Of a stretch of DNA of 51,446 nt, positions 9,569 to 18,388 are shown piece by piece. The stretch is taken from contig CAZKWI010000002.1 of assembly GCA_964556455.1 (NCBI GenBank), forward strand, positions 1-51,446, in the 5' to 3' direction. Each line of letters begins with the position of its first letter. The stretch's first letter is position 1. Position numbers and translations under genes: made by a program. The stretch comes from an uncultured Planctomycetia bacterium. GTDB lineage: Bacteria; Omnitrophota; Gorgyraeia; JABMRJ01. Under the pieces are notes generated by a model. The model was not told the DNA's origin, made no database searches, and was given only the letters and a program-made list of their open reading frames with translations.

Positions 9569-10403
9569 ATATCAAACCTTTCATACCTGAAATGAGGACC
9601 CCGGCGTCTCTCCCGACAATACACCGCCGAAAGATACCGAGTATCTGCCTGGCCAGAAATACCGGCAAAAATATCCTTCTCATATGCTTCAGATAAAAGA
9701 CCGCAAAGTTATGATAATACCAGAATATCTTTTTCCGAAACTCAGGACAGCGGTATCCCCCGCTTGCCTGAATGTGCCTGACTTCGGCGCGCGGGTCAAA
9801 AATTACCTTGTAGCCCAGTTTTCTTATCTTTAACGAGACGTCCGCGTCATCGAAAGAGCCTGTCCCGGTCAATCTCCCGTCATACCCGCCCGTCTTTACC
9901 AGGAGCTCTCTTTTGTAAGAAACGTTGCATCCGTAGGCGTGGTCCACTTCTGTCCTGAAATTCGCGTTAAAGTTTGAAGTGATCCTGCCGTCCCATTCCC
10001 TCAGCTTCCCGACATGCCTGATCTTCTCAGCCGGCAGATCATTAGCGCAAAGCACTCTGCCCGCAACCGATCCTATATTGCCGTCTTTATAATTCACCGC
10101 ATGGTTTTTTATAAAACCCGGCGCCGCTATAATATCGTCGTCGCAGCAGATAATGATCCCGCCGGCGGCCTCTTCGAGGCCTTTGTTCCTGGCAAGGGAC
10201 GCGTTGCTTAAACCGCTGGTGATATATTTGACCCTCTTTTTATTCTCATTTATGATACCGTCCAGGGCCTGGTCATGTGAAGGGCTCTGGTCGATAATTA
10301 TTATTTCAAAATCCTCATATTGCTGATTTAAAAGTGATCTCAACGCGCCCATTAAGCTCTCTGTCCTCTTATAAGTCGGGATGACAATCGATACTTTTAC
10401 CAT
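9537..10403 (-). CDS. GT2-family glycosyltransferase
   Basis: 288 aa. VSIVIPTYKRTESL...FEIIIIDQS...CCDDDII (the DxD-type motif). Confidence 0.85.
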   Translation of the reverse strand: MVKVSIVIPTYKRTESLMGALRSLLNQQYEDFEIIIIDQSPSHDQALDGIINENKKRVKYITSGLSNASLARNKGLEEAAGGIIICCDDDIIAAPGFIKNHAVNYKDGNIGSVAGRVLCANDLPAEKIRHVGKLREWDGRITSNFNANFRTEVDHAYGCNVSYKRELLVKTGGYDGRLTGTGSFDDADVSLKIRKLGYKVIFDPRAEVRHIQASGGYRCPEFRKKIFWYYHNFAVFYLKHMRRIFLPVFLARQILGIFRRCIVGRDAGVLISGMKGLIYGFRDYSQKA

Positions 10404-10415
10404 ATTAGGATACTT

Positions 10416-11543
10416 CTATTGTTTAAGTATCTGCCTGTATAAATTTTCCACCTCGAAGACGTGCTTCTCTATACTAAAATAGTCTACCGCTCTCTTCCTG
10501 GCCGCTATTTTTATCTGCTGAAATCTATTCCCGCCCTTCAGAAGGCATATTATCTTCTCTTTTAATCCTCCCGGATCTTCAGGTTCGACCAGAAAACCGC
10601 ACTCCTCGGAAACGATCTCGGGCGCGCCCCCTGAATTAGTCGCTATTACCGGCCTTCCGCAGGCCATGGCCTCGACGATCACCCTGCCGAACGGCTCTGC
10701 GGCCGACGGCACAACAATTATATCCATGGCGGCCATCACCTGGGGCAGGTCTTCCCTGAAGCCTGTAAATATCACCTTCTCCTTTATGCCTAACCGCCCG
10801 GCCAGCTTATCCAGCTTCTCCCTGTAATCTTTGGGGCCCAGGTCAGAATTGCCCACCACTATCAGCCGGACATCCTCTCTGTCTCTGACTATTTCAGACC
10901 CTGCTCTCAAAAAGATCCCGTGCCCCTTCTCCGGAGAAAGCCTGCCTATCATGCCGACCAGTTTGTTTGAACCCAGTTTGAGCTCACGCCTGAAGCCCTC
11001 GCCGCTGATGCCGGGATTAAATTTCCGGGTATCAACACCATTATAAATCCGGACGACTTTCTCCATGGGGACACCCAGTTTTTTGGTAAGGTCTTTTTTT
11101 ACAGCGTCGGAAATCGCTATTATCTTATTCATCCTTCTAAAGGCCGCCATCTTCACCTTTCCCGCGCCTAACACCGGGACCAGATCCCGCGCATGGCAGA
11201 TACACGGCACCCCTGCCAGCTTAGCGGCAAAAAGGCTCTGCTCGGAAATATAAATAGAGTTGGCGTGAACTAAATCCGCTCTTTCTTCTCTGATCAATGA
11301 TGCTAATTCAAAAGTAGCTGTAAAAAAAGAAGGTACTCTGCGCCTTGAGAATTCCATGAGCCTGGTTATCTTTGTTTCCAGGTCAGCCCCCCTTAGTCTC
11401 TCGGTCAACGGCCCTTGGGAGGGAACCGCAGCTACCGGCCTGAACGCCTCTCTGTCCATCCTCCTTACCAGGTTAAGCAGACTGACCTCAGCCCCTCCGA
11501 TATGAGCGGTGCCGTTAACGTATAAAATCTTAAACTTTGCCAT
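10416..11543 (-). CDS. GT4-family glycosyltransferase
   Basis: 375 aa. KILYVNGTAHIGGAEVSLLNL and VVPSAAEPFGRVIVEAMACGRPVIATNSGG. Confidence 0.85.
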   Translation of the reverse strand: MAKFKILYVNGTAHIGGAEVSLLNLVRRMDREAFRPVAAVPSQGPLTERLRGADLETKITRLMEFSRRRVPSFFTATFELASLIREERADLVHANSIYISEQSLFAAKLAGVPCICHARDLVPVLGAGKVKMAAFRRMNKIIAISDAVKKDLTKKLGVPMEKVVRIYNGVDTRKFNPGISGEGFRRELKLGSNKLVGMIGRLSPEKGHGIFLRAGSEIVRDREDVRLIVVGNSDLGPKDYREKLDKLAGRLGIKEKVIFTGFREDLPQVMAAMDIIVVPSAAEPFGRVIVEAMACGRPVIATNSGGAPEIVSEECGFLVEPEDPGGLKEKIICLLKGGNRFQQIKIAARKRAVDYFSIEKHVFEVENLYRQILKQ

Positions 11544-13635
11544 ATTTGTCCTTTACGGCATAGGCATTAAGCAATGTCCCTTTTCGCAGGGGTATTGCCA
11601 CAAAAGAGACGCTTTTATTTATCGCTTTTTTAAAAGAGATCTTTGAAAAATCAGGAAAATACTCCTTGTTTCCTTCTCCGGCTGTAAAGAGTTTTAAAAC
11701 CCTGAACCCGCATTTCTCCAGCAGCATCTTTAAAGTCCGCGGGGAATAGGCGTATAAATGCATGGGTGGGTCCAGGTACCCTTTCCATATTCCCTTTAGG
11801 CCAAGATAGCTTGCCGTTCGCCTTAAGCCGTCGAGCAGATCTTTTGTATCGGGAACGCTGGTAAATATGATCCCTTCATCTTTTAAAACCCTGTATACCT
11901 CTTTGAGGGAACCCGCGGGGTCAGGAACGTGCTCTAAAATATTATTTAAATAAACGGCGTCGAAATAGCTATCTTCAAAGCCGGCTCCTTCAAGAGTACC
12001 GTAATGTATATCTAATTTAAGATATTCTTTTACATAGCGGCAAAGGTCTCTGCAGACATCGACTCCCCGCACTTCCCAGCCCCTTTCTCTGGCGGCCGCC
12101 AAAAAATAGGCATTGCCGCAGCCAACTTCCAGCAGACGCCCGGGTTTTATGTATTTTTCCAGGGCCTCCACCCTTAACCGGTTGTGTTCCTGGTATCTTT
12201 TAAAATGTTGATCATAGAACTGGCGGGATTGAAATAAGAATTGGCTGTACCACAGGTCTAAGGCCATCTGATCCAGGGCCCCATTATCCAGTCTGGGCAT
12301 AGGAGAAGAATATATTAAACCGCATTTTTTGCATCTTACATGGCTATACTTAACCTGATCGAACGAGACGTGCGAGGATATCACGGTGGCGTTATCTGCT
12401 CCGCATAAATTGCACCCCCGGCTTTCCGATCCATAATTTTCAAATAAATTACTTAAAGCTGAAGCGGTCTTACGCAGGTTAAAATCCCTGGCTACTTTTT
12501 CTCTGGCCTTCAAGCCGAGGCGTTTTCTTAGATCGGCTTTTCTCAATAGATCCTCTATGGCCCGGGCTAAAGCCTGTTCATCTTTCTCGGGAACCAGGAC
12601 ACCGCTCTCTGTTGAGTCAACCAATTCTGCTATTCCCGAGATATTAGTTGAAACTACGGCCTTCTGGCAGGACATCGCCTCCATCAAAGTTAGCGGGATC
12701 CCCTCTCTGTCTCCATCCTCAGCAATAATAGAAGGCGAGACAAATATATCGCCTTTGGCTAAAAATTCCGGCAATTCGTCTCTGGTGACCGCTCCGATAA
12801 AGTGTATTACGTCCCGCAACCCGGATATTTTTACCTCATTAGACAGGCTTTCCATCAAGGGGCCATCGCCAAATATATAACACCTCAGCTTAATCCCTCT
12901 ATCGGTTAACAGCCGGCAGGCTTTTATAAGATAAATAAACCCTTTTTTCTCCACCAACCTGCCGCCGCTTAAGATGTTGATCGTATTATAACTGGTCGCG
13001 GTTTCAGGCTTAAAGGTCTCTGTATCTACGCCGCAGTGAATTACTTTGATCTTCTCGGGCGGGATATCAGAGAACTTTTTAAGCAAATATTCCTTATTAT
13101 ACTCCGAAATCGCTATAACATGCTCGGCCCGCTTCAGCTTCTCCTTTAAAAAATCATCCTCGACAAAGATATCGTGGGCATGGACCGTAAAACTGAAAGG
13201 GATTTTTAAAAAATGAGACATGATCATAGCCGCCGTCGCCCCCAAACACGCAAAGTGGGCATGGAGATGCTCCGGTTTCCATCTTTTCGCCATACTGCAT
13301 AAATAAAACACCTGCAGGAACTTATTCTTTCCCATCTTGAAAGCATATTTAAAAAAGGAGTTTATATACTTTAAAGGGGACCTGAACAAAAAGTCCGTAT
13401 TGGCCCTTAACACCAGGTTAATGGATTTCAAATCACTCTTCGGGTCCAATGAATAAAGAACACCTTCCGCCAGTTCTTTTGCCTCTTTGTGCATTATCCC
13501 GCGAGTGGGCCTTTCGAAAGAAAAGACAGTTACGTCCATGCCCTCCCTCTCTAACTGCATGAGCTCATCCACAATAAAGGTTTCGGAAATTACTGGAAAC
13601 CGGTGTAAGAGATAGGCTATTCTTCTCTTCTGCAT
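11530..13635 (-). CDS. Fusion: GT4 glycosyltransferase plus Zn-ribbon class-I SAM methyltransferase
   Basis: 701 aa. The N-terminal ~400 aa are GT4 (..SIIAEDGDREGIPLTLMEAMSCQKAVVSTNISG..). Then CNLCG...CKKCG ribbon, LLEVGCGNAYFL motif I and NNILEHVPDPAGSLKEVYRVLKDEGIIF. Confidence 0.85.
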   Translation of the reverse strand: MQKRRIAYLLHRFPVISETFIVDELMQLEREGMDVTVFSFERPTRGIMHKEAKELAEGVLYSLDPKSDLKSINLVLRANTDFLFRSPLKYINSFFKYAFKMGKNKFLQVFYLCSMAKRWKPEHLHAHFACLGATAAMIMSHFLKIPFSFTVHAHDIFVEDDFLKEKLKRAEHVIAISEYNKEYLLKKFSDIPPEKIKVIHCGVDTETFKPETATSYNTINILSGGRLVEKKGFIYLIKACRLLTDRGIKLRCYIFGDGPLMESLSNEVKISGLRDVIHFIGAVTRDELPEFLAKGDIFVSPSIIAEDGDREGIPLTLMEAMSCQKAVVSTNISGIAELVDSTESGVLVPEKDEQALARAIEDLLRKADLRKRLGLKAREKVARDFNLRKTASALSNLFENYGSESRGCNLCGADNATVISSHVSFDQVKYSHVRCKKCGLIYSSPMPRLDNGALDQMALDLWYSQFLFQSRQFYDQHFKRYQEHNRLRVEALEKYIKPGRLLEVGCGNAYFLAAARERGWEVRGVDVCRDLCRYVKEYLKLDIHYGTLEGAGFEDSYFDAVYLNNILEHVPDPAGSLKEVYRVLKDEGIIFTSVPDTKDLLDGLRRTASYLGLKGIWKGYLDPPMHLYAYSPRTLKMLLEKCGFRVLKLFTAGEGNKEYFPDFSKISFKKAINKSVSFVAIPLRKGTLLNAYAVKDKYGKV

Positions 13636-13636
13636 A

Positions 13637-14422
13637 TCAGGTATCTCTCTTTTCTTGGTCCGGTTTTTGATAACGGCACCGCAGAATCATAAATCCAGGC
13701 CTATATCCTTCCGGCGGATCATCCCTAAACAAGCGGTAAAGATCTCCGAGTTGTTCGCCTTCGGGTCTTATCAAATAATACTCCCTTATCCAACCCTTGA
13801 ACAGATACTCCCTTAGCCCGCTCTCTGTCAGTCTGTGCGGCTCATTAATCGTTGTTATCTTTCTTAGATTGATGCTCCCTATAAAATGCCCCCCCGGTTT
13901 CAGAATCCGCCTGATCTCCGCCATAGCCTTTACCGGGTTATCGACATGGTCCAGGGAGTTTACGCAGAAGATCACATCGGCATAGCGGGAAGGAAGCGGT
14001 ATTTTCTCGGCACAGGCCTGCAGATAGACCATATCGTGCTTTTCAATTCCGAAGGCTGTGTAGCGCTCCGTAAGCGGGTCGACACCGATCCTGGCCTTAG
14101 CTTTTTCGATCCAGCAAAGAGAGCCGCCGGGGCCGCACCCGATGTCTACAACTATCCTATTATCAAAGAAACTTTCATCGGTGATATCACCGGCCTCCGT
14201 CATCATCTTTTTATATTCATATTTAAACTCGCCGCCGTGTTCTTTGTACATTTTTTTCCAGAAGCCCAGCTCTGTCTCGCGCTTTGAGGGCAAATGAAAG
14301 ACGGCTGTCCTCATCTTCTGCGTAAACCAACTTGAGTATATCCGCAGGCAGAGGGGTTCCGGCAAGATCCTATTCATTGCATTCCGGATATTGCTCAGTA
14401 TATTTAAGACGATCCTTGCCAT
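13637..14422 (-). CDS. Class-I SAM methyltransferase (Methyltransf_11-like)
   Basis: 261 aa. VVDIGCGPGGSL motif I and NSLDHVDNPVKAMAEIRRILKPGGHF. Confidence 0.8.
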   Translation of the reverse strand: MARIVLNILSNIRNAMNRILPEPLCLRIYSSWFTQKMRTAVFHLPSKRETELGFWKKMYKEHGGEFKYEYKKMMTEAGDITDESFFDNRIVVDIGCGPGGSLCWIEKAKARIGVDPLTERYTAFGIEKHDMVYLQACAEKIPLPSRYADVIFCVNSLDHVDNPVKAMAEIRRILKPGGHFIGSINLRKITTINEPHRLTESGLREYLFKGWIREYYLIRPEGEQLGDLYRLFRDDPPEGYRPGFMILRCRYQKPDQEKRDT

Positions 14423-14426
14423 GTCC

Positions 14427-15050
14427 CTAGTCTTTTCTCCTGAAGCACATTAGCCTGTCAAGCCCGTAATCGTAAAACCAGTTATCCTGGTCGAGCAGGG
14501 GCCTTGCCGGTCTCGGCTCAAACTCTTTATAGCGCGGGGCAAATCTCTCAGCCCACCACACTCGTGGCCTTGTAGGGTTATCATAGGCGTTATCGTAATA
14601 TTCCCTGGTTTCAGTCAATAGTATGATATATTCCGCGTTGAGCCCTATGATCTTCCTGATCGCCTCTTCTGCCCCGTCTTTTCCTAAGGCCTCAAGGACA
14701 TTCCACAGCACAACCGTATCGTAATTATCTTTCGGGAAAACCCCTGCTCTCAACCCCGCTGTATCGGTTTTTTCGCTCTCTATTTTTTTCTGCCTGAATC
14801 CCGCGGCCAGGCTGCTGGAGCTGTTCTCGGCAATGAGGACCTTTTTAGGAGAGGTCTGCCTGGTTATAAAATCACACTGGTTTAGCGCCTGCTTCATCCT
14901 TGCCTGCCGTAATTTCCTCGTAGAGCCTTTAAGCGATGTAAAACAAAATGCCTCTTTTACCGCATTTATCAATTTTCTTTTCTTCATTCTAAAGAGGGCG
15001 TAGTTTGTCCATTTTTTATACGTCCCTTCCCTCAACACCGCCGCGGTCAT
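14427..15050 (-). CDS. Hypothetical protein, methyltransferase-like fold with degenerate SAM motif I
   Basis: 207 aa. VLIAENSSSSL sits where V-L-D-x-G-x-G is expected, followed by YDTVVLWNVLEAL..AEEAIRKI, as in the post-motif region of class-I MTases. The coding call is supported by tight packing; the function is uncertain. Confidence 0.5.
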   Translation of the reverse strand: MTAAVLREGTYKKWTNYALFRMKKRKLINAVKEAFCFTSLKGSTRKLRQARMKQALNQCDFITRQTSPKKVLIAENSSSSLAAGFRQKKIESEKTDTAGLRAGVFPKDNYDTVVLWNVLEALGKDGAEEAIRKIIGLNAEYIILLTETREYYDNAYDNPTRPRVWWAERFAPRYKEFEPRPARPLLDQDNWFYDYGLDRLMCFRRKD

Positions 15051-15059
15051 ACTCTTATC

Positions 15060-15671
15060 TTACAATGTCCTTTTCTCGGCCATCTTAGGCACATGCAGGG
15101 CGCAAGATCTTTCGGTCATCCTTAGCCATAGATCCCAATCTACTGAATAATATCCCTTTTCATCATAACCGCCAACCGCCTCCACGCACTCTTTTCTGAA
15201 CATCTGGCTCGAACAATAGATGATGTTTCTCATCTCTAAGAGCTTCCTGTCAAAATCGGGTGATCTATGGCTGTTCTCGGTACCCTTTATCTCGTTTACC
15301 CTGATAATATCGCCGTAGACAAGGCCGATAAAGGGGAAATTATCCAGTGCTCTTGCATACCATTTAATAGCGCCCGGCAGGAGGGCATCATCGGCATCCA
15401 GGCTGCATATATAATCTCCCTTTGCGGCAGCGATACCCTTATTTAGCGCTGCTGACATACCGAGGTTCTGTTCGTTTCTTAAATAGACTATTCTTTCACC
15501 ATACCTTTCGCAAATTTCATCGGTATCATCCGTTGATGCGTCATTTACCACGATCACCTCAAATCCTTCTGTGTAATCCTGATTCAGCGCCGAATCGACG
15601 CTAAGATTCAGATATCTGCCGTAATTGTAAGCAGAGATCACTATCGATACCTTTACCTTATTGCCGTTCAT
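15060..15671 (-). CDS. GT2-family glycosyltransferase
   Basis: VSIVISAYNYGRYL...FEVIVVNDASTDDT...SLDADD. Start moved to M11 (MNGNKVKV, 15671), directly after the stop of 15673..16449; the ORF track gives 15060..15701. Confidence 0.8.
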   Translation of the reverse strand: MNGNKVKVSIVISAYNYGRYLNLSVDSALNQDYTEGFEVIVVNDASTDDTDEICERYGERIVYLRNEQNLGMSAALNKGIAAAKGDYICSLDADDALLPGAIKWYARALDNFPFIGLVYGDIIRVNEIKGTENSHRSPDFDRKLLEMRNIIYCSSQMFRKECVEAVGGYDEKGYYSVDWDLWLRMTERSCALHVPKMAEKRTL

Positions 15672-15672
15672 C

Positions 15673-16449
15673 TTATCCGCCTTTTTTGTACAACGCCACA
15701 AGGTAGCCCTTGCCGCCCAGGATGCTTCGCGGCGAGTGGAACATATCGTCTAAAACTAAAAAACGATCAAAGAAAGGCATTATCAAATGCCTGTGGAACC
15801 CTGATTCATAATAGCTCTTGTTGGTATTTGAAACCTTCTTCCATATTCCCCAAATCCTGAATAAGGCCTTTTTAAACCTCACCCAACTTATCTCATGGAA
15901 TCTGCCGAATATCTTCTTCTTCTGTAAGCTGAACTCGAAGGGTTTGAACAATCTTTGCAGTCCCTCCAGATCGTAATGCCTCAAATGCCCCCATTCGGCC
16001 ACCGGTTTCCCGAGATACGGGACGGTTATCAATACATCCCCTCCCTTCTTTAAGACCCGGTTTATCTCCCGCATGGCCGCTGCATCGTCGAGGTGCTCCA
16101 AGACCTCGGCGCATATCACGATATCAACAGATTCGGCACCAAACGGTAATTTAAGGATATCTCCCTGGATTAAGACGGTCTTGTCGTCATGGAGCTTTAA
16201 ATCATCGGCCAGTTGCCTTGCCTTTTCCAAATTGGGTTTGGACATATCCAGTCCTGTATATTTTCTGTATGTCGCCTTTTTTCTCCTTTTTAACTCTACC
16301 CAGAAATCTCCTATGCCGAATCCTAACTCTGCGACAGTCTTACCATAAAGGTCCGGAAGCAGGGCTATCATGTTCCGCCTGCGCAATCTGTTGCCGCAGT
16401 CATAAAGGGACGCCTTTGATTCAACCTCAAACTTCTTATAATCAATCAT
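15673..16449 (-). CDS. Class-I SAM methyltransferase (Methyltransf_11-like)
   Basis: 258 aa. VAELGFGIGDFW motif I, QGDILKLPF and AEVLEHLDDAAAMREINRVLKKGGDVL. Confidence 0.8.
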   Translation of the reverse strand: MIDYKKFEVESKASLYDCGNRLRRRNMIALLPDLYGKTVAELGFGIGDFWVELKRRKKATYRKYTGLDMSKPNLEKARQLADDLKLHDDKTVLIQGDILKLPFGAESVDIVICAEVLEHLDDAAAMREINRVLKKGGDVLITVPYLGKPVAEWGHLRHYDLEGLQRLFKPFEFSLQKKKIFGRFHEISWVRFKKALFRIWGIWKKVSNTNKSYYESGFHRHLIMPFFDRFLVLDDMFHSPRSILGGKGYLVALYKKGG

Positions 16450-17570
16450 TTCATAGCTTCCCGGTAAACTTCCGTAATTCGCTGCGCTACGTTTTCTACA
16501 GTATAATTCCCCAGAGCTCGCTTTCTGCCGGCCCGGGCATATTCGTCCGACAGGCTTTTATTGTCTTTTAAAGAGCGTAATTTCGATGCCAGGTCCTTCT
16601 CATCTCCCGGCTCAAATAAAAGTCCGGCATCTCCTATAACCCCCGATATCCCGCCATGCTTCGAACCAACTACAGGCACCCCGCAGCACATCGCCTGAGG
16701 CAAGACATAGCCGAACTTCTCCCGCCATCTCTTGGTTCCCTCGCTGGGAAGGACAAGCGCGTCCATGCAGTTCATATACTTAGGGACCTCGCGGTGAGGT
16801 ACGCTGGAGATATGGAGCACCTTGTCAGCCACGCCCAATTCCTTAGCCAATCTCAATAAACCGGATAGAGAATCGCCGCTTCCCACCAAAAGGAGCCTCA
16901 CCTCTTTTAAAGAGGCAAAGGCCCGCACTAAGGTAAATAGCCCTTTACCATTGGCCATTCGTCCGACATAGCCCACGATAAACTCCCCGCTTAATCCCAA
17001 TCTTCTCTTGATGGCAGAAACATCAAAGCGCCTGAAGAGGTTTGGGTTTGTGCCCAATATCTGAAAGACCGAGATCTTGTCTTTGTAGCCCTTTATGCGA
17101 AGAAGGTTCTCTACATCAGTGTTGCAGGCGATGATATGATCTATCTTTGAAAGAGTATATCTTTCAAAATATGATATTGGAAATTTCCACTTCTTTATGG
17201 TGTCTTCGGAAGTCCAAACGACTATTTTAGACGAAGGGATCGCGCGCCTGGCCTTCCTTATTATTTGATAGCAAGCCAGTGATGCCGGCTCCTGGTCAAT
17301 CTCAACAATGTCGGGTTTATATTTTTCGAGAAGCCCTGAGGCGCCATGGTAAAAGAATCTGAAATATTTCCCTGAAAAGGTAATTCTGCACGGAATAATC
17401 CTGAATCTCTCATCTTTGGTTGCTGGCTTAAATTCATAATCACCTAACACATGCCTCCACAGAGTAGGGGCGACTACTGTGATGTCGAATTCGCCTGAAC
17501 GGCTCATATACTGAAACTTTTCCCGATGGATCGGTTCAGTATACATATGGCCAAAAATTAAAACCTTCAT
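16446..17570 (-). CDS. GT4-family glycosyltransferase
   Basis: 374 aa. LPSEGTKRWREKFGYVLPQAMCCGVPVVGSKHGG. The N-terminal half is alignable by eye with the first module of 4104..7337 (PDI..IDQEP.S, FERYTL..D.IIA.N). Confidence 0.85.
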   Translation of the reverse strand: MKVLIFGHMYTEPIHREKFQYMSRSGEFDITVVAPTLWRHVLGDYEFKPATKDERFRIIPCRITFSGKYFRFFYHGASGLLEKYKPDIVEIDQEPASLACYQIIRKARRAIPSSKIVVWTSEDTIKKWKFPISYFERYTLSKIDHIIACNTDVENLLRIKGYKDKISVFQILGTNPNLFRRFDVSAIKRRLGLSGEFIVGYVGRMANGKGLFTLVRAFASLKEVRLLLVGSGDSLSGLLRLAKELGVADKVLHISSVPHREVPKYMNCMDALVLPSEGTKRWREKFGYVLPQAMCCGVPVVGSKHGGISGVIGDAGLLFEPGDEKDLASKLRSLKDNKSLSDEYARAGRKRALGNYTVENVAQRITEVYREAMK

Positions 17571-18388
17571 GATTGATAGCCTTTTTTAAGAAGAAGGAAT
17601 ATGTGTCTACCCGCATCTCTTTTTTCTTTCAATCTTTCCTCTAATTGAACGAGTAAATTCAATATTGGGAATAAAGTCCGATTGAAGAGATTGCAGACTG
17701 ATATTGTTAGAGAATGCTCATATTCATCGAATTTCATAAATCTGTGAATAATACTACAACATGCCTGCATTAAAGAATGCTTGTAAAAAAAGAGCTTCTC
17801 CACCGATATCCCCTCAATATTAAAAACGGTCTTTAAGCTAACTGCATCAAATGCATTTACGTGCCCATGTAAGTTCTCACCATAAACCTTCTCTCCTCTC
17901 TCTACAGACAAAACATTCTTATTGGGTGTAGTAATTAAAATCTGTCCGCCGGGCTTAAGAATTCTCACCATTTCACGAACGAAAACCTCAATATTGTCTA
18001 AATGCTCTATCACCTCATAACAAAGAATAAAATCTGCGAAATCTGATGTTAAAAAGGGGATCCCTTCTCTTAAATCATGTTTATAAAAAGAGAGTTTCAA
18101 TTTACCATGTAAATTTTCAATCTGGGCTAAATTTTTCTTAAGCTCATCCAATCGCTGATAACTGTTATCAACCGCTATAACATTGGCTCCGGCTAAAGAC
18201 AATGTTAAACCCTTTAATCCCGGGCCGCAGCCCATATCAACTATAATCTTATCTTTAACATCAGAGAATAGGTCTTCGACGTGTCTCCAGAATTCATAAT
18301 GGCAAGGACATTTTATCTTGCCGGTATATTCTCCAACGCGAGAATAAGGGATCTGAGAAAAATATTTTTCACCTAAATTCTGACTCAC
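17567..18388 (-). CDS. Class-I SAM methyltransferase
   Basis: 273 aa. IVDMGCGPGLKG motif I and CYEVIEHLDNIEVFVREMVRILKPGGQIL. Confidence 0.8.
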   Translation of the reverse strand: MSQNLGEKYFSQIPYSRVGEYTGKIKCPCHYEFWRHVEDLFSDVKDKIIVDMGCGPGLKGLTLSLAGANVIAVDNSYQRLDELKKNLAQIENLHGKLKLSFYKHDLREGIPFLTSDFADFILCYEVIEHLDNIEVFVREMVRILKPGGQILITTPNKNVLSVERGEKVYGENLHGHVNAFDAVSLKTVFNIEGISVEKLFFYKHSLMQACCSIIHRFMKFDEYEHSLTISVCNLFNRTLFPILNLLVQLEERLKEKRDAGRHIFLLLKKGYQS

